This document shows positions 47,101 to 59,100 of a stretch of 64,000 nucleotides of DNA, piece after piece. The notes below the pieces were generated by a model. It saw only the letters and a list, made by a program, of their open reading frames with translations, did no database searches and was not told the DNA's origin. The position numbers were made by a program, and so were the translations under genes. Numbering within the stretch: position 1 is the stretch's first letter; each line of letters opens with the position of its first letter. The DNA is taken from contig MU054764.1 in NCBI GenBank assembly GCA_013239625.1, positions 147,983 to 211,982 on the forward strand, read 5' to 3'. Origin of the DNA: Lama guanicoe. Lineage: Eukaryota.

Positions 47101-50100
47101 TCCCTGAGGTTGAAACTGGGGACCACTATTGTACACAGAGATGCTACAGATATTCACATGCCATCTTTGGGGGGCTGCTGATTTCATGTGACTGGGGTGC
47201 AGACCTCACAGGGACTTCATGTCACTGGGAATCCCCAGGTGGCCGGTGAAGCCCTTCGCGCTTTTTCTGTGGGGCTGTTCGTCTGGAGTGCTGACGCGCA
47301 AGCGTTCCACCTGCGACGCGCCTGCCGACGCGTCGGGAACCCACCCGAGGAATGTCCTTCCGAAGGCATTCTGACTTCCCGACCGGCGTCAGCCGACGCT
47401 TTTGGTTTGGGTGAAGCTAATTTACTGTTCTCTTTCGCACGTTTTCTGCCCCCGCGAAGCCCCAGAGCCCCGGGCATCAGAGCAGCAGCGATGCTCAGGG
47501 CGGACGCCGTTTACCTGCTGCATTTCCAGTTCATACTCGAAGTCCTCCCTGAAGTGGCTGCGCACCTGCCACTGGATGATGGAGTAGGTCTGGTTGCACC
47601 AGGCGCTCGTGATGGTGGGCGCGGTCCGTCTCTCTGGGGCGGGGCCGGGGGGGGGGGGAAAACACACACACACACACTTTGATGAGTGAAACACATCAAA
47701 GGGAAAAGAAAAGTTCTTCCTGGAGATACTTTTAAAATCGACCTACAAACTCAGGGGGAACTGGACACCCCAGCCACACCCGACACCCTTCCAGAGGTGT
47801 CTTCAGGCCCTGCACCCGGCCTCCCTGAGAAAAGCCCTATTGTTTCTCCTCTTGGCCCGTCCAGTCCCCGGACGGAGAAGACTCTGGTCCAGCTGCCCTG
47901 TCTCTCCCTCCCTCCGTCCTTCCATCCTCCGTCCACCTCGACCAACTCTGCTCAGCCCCGACCCCCCGGCAGCCTGGCCTGCTCCCGCCCTGTCCAGGGC
48001 CAAGCCCTCTCCCACGACCTTGGCCGGCCAGCTCCGCTCCCAAAACGTCACGTGGCAGCTTCTGCCCCAGCCCCGGACTCGGACTGGGACACACCTGCCC
48101 CAGACCCCCCTCCAGGGGGGCCCAGCGCTACCCAGGACCCGCCTGCCCCTTCTGTGGGCTGTCCCAGCCCTGTGTCTGCTCAGCATCGCACCTGGACCCG
48201 GGCAGGAGGTCCAGGCTCACTGGGGGATGGTCCCCGGGTCTGCTTCCTCCACTCACGTGCGCTCACGTCTCCTGCCACCGCGTCCCCGCCTTCCTGCCGG
48301 GCTCTCAGACACCCTCTGCCCCCGCCCCAGGGGCTGCCTGCCGTCACCCCTCAGCCCCTACTGGGAACTGCTCCATGGATGCCCCACGTGGACGGCGGGG
48401 CTGGGCAGGGGACGCCCTGAGTCCCAGGCGGAGCCGGACCTGTGGGTCTGCACCTGCTGGGGACAGCTTCGTGTCGGAGAGGCCACAGCTTCAAAGTCAC
48501 GTCACCTCAAGAGGTGGCAGAGCAGCAAGAGGCCCCCACCTCCCCTTTTGCACCAGCCTCTCAATTTGTGGAGGTGGAGCCGGACCCTTCGCGGGCCTCC
48601 CTGCCTCGCGGGGACGGGCTGGTGGGGATGCCGGTTTGAGGTTGGGGGGGTTCTAGTTTCAGGAGAAGGACACCGACATAGCTTTGCTAAGATGGCCCTT
48701 GTGACCCCAAACCCAGTTGGCGTCCTCACACAGGGCCTGGAACTGGAAGTGCCTCCTCGGGCCCAGTGAACAAGCCACAGCTGCTGTGGGCTGAATGTCC
48801 GCGCCTCCCCCTGCGCCAAGGCCCTGACCCCCAGGGGGATGGTCTGGGAGGCGGGAACTTCGGGAGGTGGGTAGGGTCAGGTGCGGTCGTGAGGGTGGGG
48901 CCCGCAGGGTGGGATTACTGCCCTCAGAAGAGGAGGAAGAGACACAGAGCCGTCCCTCCATCGTGTGAGGACGCGGGGAGGAGGCGGCCTCCGTGAGCCA
49001 GGAAGCGAGCCCCACCGGGACCTAACCTGCCCCACCCCGGATCTCGGCCCCCACCTCCAGCGCTGGGAGAAATGAGTGAGTTGTTGAAGCCCCCTCCGCC
49101 CCAGTTTGGGGTTTTTTGTCACAGCCACCCCAGCTGACACAGGAGCATCTCAAAGCCGAGGGCGGCCCGTGCAGGACGTGTCTCATCCTTACTCACCAAT
49201 TTCGTGTAATGTTTTTGTGATTTCAGAGCAGGGGATCGGGGACTCTTGGCTGCTGCCATTGACCGAGAAACGGTTCAGCTCCGGGGACAATACAGAGAGG
49301 TCGTCGAAACGACACTCGACGTTTGTCCCCCACTCGTCCCGTCTGTACTGGGAGCACGGCCACTTCTGGAAGGAACTGGGGCGAGGAAGGCAGGGTCACT
49401 GCGGCCCTGCGGCCGCCCCGGTGCCCGGGAGAGCCCGCGGGGCGCCCGGGCCACACCCTACTGTAGGTTCTCCAGGTACAGGTGGTACTGCGCGTCCCGC
49501 GGGGCCTCCCTGCCCACCGCCCAGCTGCACGTCAGCAAGTCCACGTCGTGAACCCAGCAGGTCAGGTTCTCTGCCGCCGCCCTGGCCTTCCCTTCTGGGC
49601 TTGCAAAGAAGAGAGGGGAGAAAAAAAGGAGTCCCCTTTGAGATCCCTGTGAATTCTCACGCAGTCGTAAGAAACCAGACAGACACGTTTGCGTACTGAT
49701 TTTACTGTGATGGTTGCATGTCCCCGTAAACATGCAGACGCTTGACACACAGGACCGCTCCATCCCAGCAAGCATTCCCCGCCTGGCCCTTCACACCTTC
49801 CTCCAAGCCTGCCGCCCCCTCCACCAACACAGCCCCCGCCAGCCACTGCTCTGCTCTGCATTTCTGCATGTGGGTCCCTCTAAGCAGGGCTGTCCCTGAA
49901 GTCACACTGCTACGTCCCAGGAGACCCATCCAAGTTACGAGCCGTCACTCTGATAGTCAGGACACCGAAGGAGGATGGAAAGCCAGCCCCCCGCCCTCCC
50001 CCCGCCACCAAACAGCAGTTTCCCCTCACCCAGCTTAGGGTACTGAATCCACCCGGAGAACGGTGGCCCCTGGGTCACACTCACGCTGTAGTTGGTCGCT

Positions 50101-53100
50101 TGGCACGGGATGTGAGCAAATTTACAGTAAGTGTTGTTTCGTGCCTAAGACAGAAGGGGGCCATTTATTAAAAAGTGCAGGGGCGGGGCTGTAGGTCGGG
50201 GGTAGAGCGCGTGCTTAGCATGCACGGGGTCCTGGCTTCCGTCCCCAGCACCTTCATTTAAAATAACTAACTAAATAAATAATCCTAATTACCATCCCCC
50301 CAAAAAGTAGCATAGAGGTGATGTGGGCAATTAATAACTAAGAATATTTGTTGCTTTTAGGAAGAGGGCATAGCTCAGCGGTAGAGCGTGTGCTGAGCAT
50401 GCACGAGGTCCTGGGTTCCATCCCCAGCACCTCCATTAAAAGAAAATTAATAATAAACAGATCTAATGACCTCCTCCTCCCCAAAAAATATTAAGGGAGG
50501 ACTTAGAGTATGCAGTACTGAGTCTTCATGTTGTTTCCATTTTGTGAAATGGTATTTGATGCATGAATAATTTACGCAGTTGGAGTTTGTGTGAATCGGC
50601 TTTTTCTTGAGTTGGCCTCTGCGGTTCAGTTCAGGGTGAATTTTTATGAGGGTCATAACCCAGCCTCTTTCCACCTGGACTTCTCTCATACCCTTGGTCC
50701 TGACCTCAGGCACGCCCTTTGTGGTTTTTGTTTTTTTCTTTCACCTTCTTTTCTGTTTGTTTGTTTTTTAATGTTAAATTTTTTTTTGGATTTTGTTGTT
50801 TGTTTGTTTGTGGGGTTTTTTTTGTTTTTTTTTTTTTAGTTTTTTAAGGGGAGGTAATTAGGTTTATTTGTTCAGCTAGTTCTTTTAGACGGAGGTCCTG
50901 GGGCTGGAACCCAGGACCTCATGCGTGCTGGCCATGCATTCTACCACCTGGGCCAGCCCCTCCCCCTCGGTTCTCGCCCACTCTCACTGGCTTCTCCACG
51001 ATTTTCTCTAAGAATCATCTGCACATAGATACAGTTTTACTTCTCTTTTCTGATAGGTGTTTTTGATAAAAACCGTCTACTTTTAAAAATGTTTCCCTAA
51101 TTAGTCTGGCTAGACCCACCAGGACAGCGTTGAGTGTCAGTGGGAAGAAAGACATCTTTCCCTTGTCCTTCTGTTTTAACTGAAGTCTAGTTGATTTACA
51201 GTGTGGTGCTAGTTTCGGGCATACAGCAGAGTGATTCAGGTACATATATATCTTTTTTCTCAGATCCTTTTCCATCATATGTTATTACAAGATACTGGCT
51301 ATAATTCCCTGTGCTCTGTGGTAGGTCCCTGTTGTTTATCCACTTTATATAAAGTTGTGTGTCTCTGTTAATCCCAAACTCCCAATTTGTCCGTCAAGAT
51401 TGGTTGCTGCAGGTACAATTAAGGGTTAATTTTCTAAGGTCCATTAAGATCCCACTGAGGTTTGTTATGAGTTCACTTTTGTCCCCCTGAAACCTCATAT
51501 ATTGAAATCCAACCCCCTACTGGGACTGTCTTTGGAGAAGGACCCTTGAAGGAGGTAATTAAGGCAGGTGAGGTCACAGGGCTTGGGTCCTGGTCCCAGA
51601 GGACTGGGGTCCTTGTAAGAAGAGGAGATGAGGACCCAGACACACGCAGAGACACGCCCACGGGAGGACGCAGGGAGGAGCTGGCCGTCCACATACCAAG
51701 GGGAGAGGGCGCAGGAGACACCAGCCCTGCTCACACCCTGACCTCAGACTCCAGTGTCCAGGACCGGGAGAGAGAAATTAGTCTACTCTTTAAGTCCCCA
51801 CCCCATCCCTCCCTTGGTCTGTGGTTCTTTGTTACAACAGCCTGACCAGATGAACACAGGACTGTGGTTTGCACTGTATTTCACGAAGAGCAATTTGAAG
51901 ATACCAAGGCTCTTGTCAGGGAAGCTGACAGGTGCTTCCTTCTCAGGAAACACTTTCAGTGGCCGGAATCCTCCCTGTGGCTCCTGTCTTGGTTCTCACA
52001 CCCCGTGAAACCTCCGATACCCTAGGGGGCCTGAGTGGGGCAGGCGCTGGCGGGAGTGGTGGGGCCAGTGTTTGCCAGCGGGGCTGGGTTCTCTACCCCG
52101 ATGTCTCAGGTCCTGTCACCCCTGCCCTCTCCAGTGGGTACCACCTCAGACATCTTCCAAATAAGGAGCCTTCAGCCATGGTGCGTATAAAAGACCCCAC
52201 AAAAATTCCACAGCTGAGCCCGGTACTAGAACCCAGGTCTCTGTGACTCTGGACATGCACGTGGCCTTCAGGCTTTGCTGGTCTCAGGTCCCTGGAATTG
52301 GTGGCCGCGTCTGGTGTGCAAAGTCCGGGGAAGATGATTTACCTTATGGACACGTCTTGAATTCACAAAGCACCAAATTTGGGAAACATTTCCGTGGAGG
52401 TCCCAGCTCATCCTTTTCCTCTCTGGATCCATCCTTAAGTTCTTAATCACTGGGTGTGGATCTGAAATGTTGATAAGGTTTGTGTTAGGAAAGATACACA
52501 CGGTGCTTAAGGCAGGGTCCCCACGGGAACCTCTTTTCCCGCCGAGTTAGCCGGCGCCCGGGGCAAGTCCAGTTCTCCACGGACAAGTGGTTGCCAGCAG
52601 CTGCCGGAGGGCAGGAATCCATCGCAACTTCTTGATCACACCAGCTCTGCCTCCCAAGGATGGCAACAATCAGAGGAGCCGCTCACTTGTACTGCCCCTG
52701 TCGGTGTGAAGTTTACCATTTTCACTGAGAACCAATTCAGGCTTAAAGAGGTGACTCAAAATCTCCTCCACAGTCTGAGATGTTGCCGTGGTTTGCCAGT
52801 CGCAACAGAACGTATGCATTTATACAATATATAAATATATATGAATCACTATCTATAATAGAATACGTATTTTCATAAATTATGAGGCACGCTCGTTACA
52901 CGGTGATATTCATGTTCTAACATAGCTCACACATTGTTTGGCCGGTTCTCAGATTGTCGGGGAAAAGTCACCGGAGGGCGTGCATCTAAATACATTGTGA
53001 AGCGTAACCCGAGCAGCTGTCGGTGGGGAAGGAGGTTGGCCTTCACGGACCAAAGGATTCAACGTCTTGAATCAGTGACTGTCCTCACGAAGGAGAAAGA

Positions 53101-56100
53101 GCTACTTAGTCATGTCGTGGCCAGTAACTTGAAGCTTTCAAGCTCTGTCAGACACTTCAGGTTTTATCTGTCAACCCTCATTTGGACGATTAAGGGAAAT
53201 GACTGCTTATAAGCCATAAGCACTGTGATCCATTAAGCCCAACAAGGTTACTTTGATTAAGCAAGACCGAACCACAGGGTTGTCTTCATTCCCGGCATCA
53301 CTTCCTCCCCACCTAGAAAGATAATTTTTTCCTCAAAAAGTAATTCAGCTAGGGAAACCTCTTAGAAGTGAAAATAGAATTTTTAATGGATGCTTATGCC
53401 TCAAAATGTATAGTCTCTTCTTCCAAAACAACAGTAAGTATCATTAAAACAGATCTGACAGATGCCGTAGGAAATATTAGCTTCAGCAGAGTTTTATTAC
53501 ATTTTACTTTATTTTTTATTTTTATAAATTTATAATTTTGTTTTAAATTCTTAATTGCTTTGAATGTTAACAAATTTTAAATAATTTGATCACTTAATAT
53601 AAATTATAGATCATTATATACTACAACTATATAGTATAATATATAATTATTGATTATGTATTATGATTATACATGTAAATATGTATGCAGGTAAATGACA
53701 GAACAAGAGAGTTTTCTGTCACTAATTATTCCGTGAAGTCTACCTATGTTCTTTCAGATTGGTCACTTTCCAGCCAATTACAGTCATGCTCACAAATAAA
53801 AAACTTTACTGGAAAAAAAAAAGAAAAGAAAAGGCAAATCTGTAAAGACAAAAGGCAACAAAATGAAAGCCAGTACACATAAGCGTGTTTGCCGCGATGT
53901 ACTCATGACCCACCCGTATTCTAACAGAGTGTGGGGGTGGTGTTCTCAACCTGAGAGCTTTTAAAAGTCTACAGATGCTGGGACGTACTCTTGTAGTCAT
54001 GATAAAGTCACGATTCTCAGATTTACCTCTCACCATAAGCACCTAAAAAACTGGGCAAAATACATAAATCAACTATTTCCAGACATTGGATAAGAGGCAA
54101 CACAAGATTCCATAAAGAAGAAAAAAAAAAAAGACTGGAAAGAAGCTACTTTGGAGCTGCAAACGGGGCAATTCTGAGGGTTTATCTGGAGGTGGGGGGA
54201 CATTCAAGGTCCACACAGACAAGGTAGAGACTCAACACCCAGAGCAGGTAGCAAAGACCCCAGAAGGACCACAGCTTTGTCATCAGGGAGGAAAGACATA
54301 AAGGTGACTCAGCCTGCAAAACATCAAAACAAGATGACCCATCGATAAAGTAACGGCCTGCTGAAACAAAACTCACCGTCTTTAAAGAAGCCCTCAACGG
54401 CAGACACTCCGCAACACATCATTTACAATAATCAGCACCCAATAAAAAAAATCACCAGATACCCAGAGAAGCAGGAAGATACTGCCTGTGACCAGAAGAC
54501 CTATCAGGGCACAGACATCATCCCCAAAATGACAGGTGATGAAATGAACAGAGACGTCTGTTCAAACAGCCATTATAAAATCTGTCCGAAGATTTAAAGG
54601 AAAACATGAAAACTATGCACTGAGGAATGGCAGCTCTAGCAGAAGAAGTGAACAGAACTTCCAGAGGTAGAACCTACAATGTCTGGGTTGCAGAACCACA
54701 CGGATAAACACACAGAAACTCTAAGCAACGTCATAGTCAAATGGCTAAAAAAAAAAAAGTGGTATCAAGAAGATCTTAAGAACCAACGGAAAAAGACACA
54801 ACTATCAGAGGACAAAGATAAGAATTTCTGTTGATTTCTCTTTGCAACCAGTGGGACCCAGAAGATAAGAGAATGAGTTCTCTAAATGCTGGAAGAAAAC
54901 AAAAAACACCGCCGGCAACGTAGAATAGGAACAGGTAAATCTTAGCGATGAATGGACGGGGAACTCGAGACTCTTTATAGTCACAAAAAGTGAAAGAATT
55001 TTTTTTTCCCCAGAAGACTGGGTTTACAAGAAAAGTTAAAGGAAGGGAAAACACACCGACGGAAACTCAGATCCACATGAAGGAATGTGGAGGCAGTTCT
55101 GGAGTCACACCATAAGCAGACCAGCAATAGTAAAAACTCAGGCAAAGATATGAATCAGTCTCGTTTTTAATGTCTTAAAAAGAAAATTGTTTAAAGCAAC
55201 AATGGGAAAGGGTACAGCTCTAGTGGTAGATGCATGCCTGATGTGCACAAGGTCCTGGGTTCAATCCCCAGTACCTGCTGAAAAGAGTAAAATTTAAAAA
55301 AAGTTTAAAGTGAACAAATAGCAAAGCGGTAGAATGAAACTCAGTCGTATTAATAATTGCATCACATGCAAATGGTCTAAACGCTCCAAGGAAAAGGAGA
55401 GTTTGTCCGACTAGATTAACAGAACTACAAGAAAGATACTTTATCGTTTTTTTTGGGGGGGGAGTGGGAAATTAGGTTTATTTATTTACTTTTTTTAAAT
55501 GGAGGGACTGGGGATGGAACCCAGGACCTCGTGCATGCTGAGCACATGCTCTGCCGCTGAGCTGCACCCTCCCTGGAAAGATACTTTATTTAAATAGGGT
55601 TTAAATGTTACTAATAGGAAAGCATGTTTTATGCAGACTCTGGTCTTACAAAATCTGAGATTGCTTATGTTAATAACATACAAACAATACTTCAGGACGA
55701 GGCATATTTCCAAGGGCAAGAAAGGACCGTTTTAAGTGACAAAGTGGCCAATTCGCCCTAATGATATGCTCCCCAAGATGAGTTTCAGAACACGGGACCC
55801 CAGCATCACCGCCACCCGCCTCCATCCCCGCTTACTGACAAAGCAAATACTTAGAAAACCTGCCAGCACTGTAGGACCTGAACAAAAACATCCATGATTT
55901 GACCTAACTGACACTGTTGGGACGTTCTAACCAGTAACGGGAGGATGGGCATTTTTAGCAAGTACGAATGGATGGTTCACCAAAATAGACTGTGTCCTGG
56001 CGCGTGAAGGGTCACTGCATTTAAGAAGAATTGCACCGAACTTCCCAAACCTAGAGAAGGAATCAGATCTCCAGGTACACGAAGCACAGAGGGTTCCCCA

Positions 56101-59100
56101 GCAAGATGAACCCAAACAGACCACACAACTATCAGAGGACAAAGATAAGAATTTCTGTTGATTTCTCTTTGCAACCAGTGGGACCCAGAAGATAAGAGAA
56201 TGAGTTCTCTAAATGCTGGAAGAAAACAAAAAACACCGCCGGCAACGTAGAATAGGAACAGGTAAATCTTAGCGATGAATGGACGGGGAACTCGAGACTC
56301 TTTATAGTCACAAAAAGTGAAAGAATTTTTTTTTCCCCAGAAGACTGGGTCTACAAAAAAAGTTAAAGGAAGGGAAAACACACCGACGGAAACTCAGATC
56401 CACATGAAGGAATGTGGAGGCAGTTCTGGAGTCACACCATAAGCAGACCAGCACTAGTAAAAACTCAGGCAAAGATATGAATCAGTCTCGTTTTTAATGT
56501 CTTAAAAAGAAAATTGTTTAAAGCAACAATGGGAAAGGGTACAGCTCTAGTGGTAGATGCATGCCTGACGTGCACAAGGTCCTGGGTTCAATCCCCAGTA
56601 CCTGCTGAAAAGAGTAAAATTTAAAAAAAGTTTAAAGTGAACAAATAGCAAAGCGGTAGAATGAAACTCAGTCGTATTAATAATTGCATCACATGCAAAT
56701 GGTCTAAACGCTCCAAGGAAAAGGAGAGTTTGTCCGACTAGATTAACAGAACTACAAGAAAGATACTTTATCGTTTTTTTTGGGGGGGGAGTGGGAAATT
56801 AGGTTTATTTATTTACTTTTTTTAAATGGAGGGACTGGGGATGGAACCCAGGACCTCGTGCATGCTGAGCACATGCTCTGCCGCTGAGCTGCACCCTCCC
56901 TGGAAAGATACTTTATTTAAATAGGGTTTAAATGTTACTAATAGGAAAGCATGTTTTATGCAGACTCTGGTCTTACAAAATCTGAGATTGCTTATGTTAA
57001 TAACATACAAACAATACTTCAGGACGAGGCATATTTCCAAGGGCAAGAAAGGACCGTTTTAAGTGACAAAGTGGCCAATTCGCCCTAATGATATGCTCCC
57101 CAAGATGAGTTTCAGAACACGGGACCCCAGCATCACCGCCACCCGCCTCCATCCCCGCTTACTGACAAAGCAAATACTTAGAAAACCTGCCAGCGCTGTA
57201 GGACCTGAACAAAAACATCCATGATTTGACCTAACTGACACTGTTGGGACGTTCTAACCAGTAACGGGAGGATGGGCATTTTTAGCATGTACGAATGGAT
57301 GGTTCACCAAAATAGACGGTGTCCTGGCGCGTGAAGGGTCAGTGCATTTAAGAAGAATTGCACCGAACTTCCCAAACCTAGAGAAGGAATCAGATCTCCA
57401 GGTACACGAAGCACAGAGGGTTCCCCAGCAAGATGAACCCAAACAGACCCACACCAAGACATGCTATCATTAAGATGGCCGAAGTTTAAGGTAAAGAGAT
57501 GGTTCTAGAGGCAGCAAGGGAAGAGCAAAGCGTTAGTTACAGGGGAACCCCCTTTAAGGCCCTGGGACACCTTGATCTCAGACGTCTGGTCTCCACGATT
57601 CAGAGAGGATGACGGTCTTTGCTTTCAGCTCCCTGGTTTGTGGTCCTTCATTCCTGCCGCCCCCAGGAAACCACCTCAATTCCCAGGCCTTTAACATGTG
57701 CATTTGGGGGACATCATTCAGCCCAGAACCTGCCAAGGGAACCTTATTGGAAACAGGGTCTCTGCAGATAGGATGACGTGAAGGGTCTGAGAGGAGGTCT
57801 TCCTGGAGGAGGTGGCCCTGCATCCAAGGACAGTGACCTCAGAAGAGACAGAAGAGGAGAGACACAGACACAGAGGAGACGCCACGTGGAGATGGAGGCC
57901 GAGATGGGAGGGAGGCGGCCACCAGCCCGGGGATGGACGCCTGGAGCCCCCAGAAGCTGGAAGAGGCAGGAGGGACCCTCTCCTGGAGACTCGGGAGGGA
58001 GCGCGGCCCTGGGACACCTTGACCTCAGACGTCTGGTCTCCAGGGCTGGGGGAAATAAATAGCTTTCACGTCAGCCCCCAGACAATGCCATTTTGTTAAC
58101 CAGCCCAAGGAACCTAAGCCAGCAATCCGAGGAGACTGACACCCCCCCGCCCCCGCCCACCGGCACCCCATCTGAATTCCCCTGCCATTTGAGGAAGGAG
58201 CAGGCCTCTCACGGGTTATGCGACGCTGTGGCGGTTACTGCGGCTCATGTCGGCCCACCTGCTGTGGTCCCCAGACATCCGTGGTGACGGGGTGGGGGGA
58301 CCAGTTCCGGTCCTGCTGCAGAACCAGGCAGCCCTGGTGCCCAGAGCCTGGCCCACATCGCACGGTCTGGCAATCGGAGGCAAGGCCGAGGTGGGCAGTG
58401 TTCAGGGGGCCCCTCTCCAGGGTCTGCTGGCCAGCCAGGGATCCCTGACGGCACTGGGCTTCCCTGTGGACCCTCCCCGGGGCCGCCCGCCCGCCCAGTG
58501 GGCGCCGTATCTCCCCTCAGCACCTGGGCCTTTCCGCCTGGTGGGGGGTCCGTTCACTGCTGGGCGCCGCGCAACGTGTGAGCTCTGTACCTGCAGAGCC
58601 GAGGGCGTGGCCTCCTCTCCAGGGTACCGGGGAGCAGCTGGCTGGTCCCCCAACCCCATCCCTGCCTGGGATAGTCTCTGCCGGCCGCACCTGTCACCCG
58701 AGGTCGGCCGGACACTGACAGTCAGAGGTGGGCACAGTCCGCTGGGGAGTGTTCACTGGTACCCGTCTGCCTCCGTATCTGGCGATCTGTCACTTATGGA
58801 ATCCTTTCCTGTCCACCATCATTATGACTGCGTATCGTGTGAACCTCCCAGACCCCAGGGAGGCCCTGGTGTGTCCCCTCCATAAACCTCCGTCACTGAA
58901 GTGAGAAAAAACAGGATGTATGCTCCCACTGGAGAGCCTCTCCAGCTCCCGGGGGTCGCCCCACGCCCTAGGCACCCTCGACCTGTGGCTGCGTCGCCCC
59001 AGTCTCCCCTCTGTCATTACACGGCTTCTCCCTGTGCCCAGGTTTCTCCTCTTTAGAAGGACACTGTCATTCTGCTTTAGGATCCACCCGCATGACCTCA

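Noticed and set aside
50360-50435. tRNA-like sequences with A and B boxes (also at 1865, 50180, 50848, 55204, 55455)
   Set aside because: They are diverged, multi-copy and carry a shared non-tRNA tail, so they are SINEs rather than tRNA genes
52660-53480. Unique-looking segment in IL3RA intron 2 as a retrocopy or DNA transposon
   Set aside because: I could not recognise a protein, terminal repeats or polyA/TSD; left unannotated pending a Dfam or BLAST search
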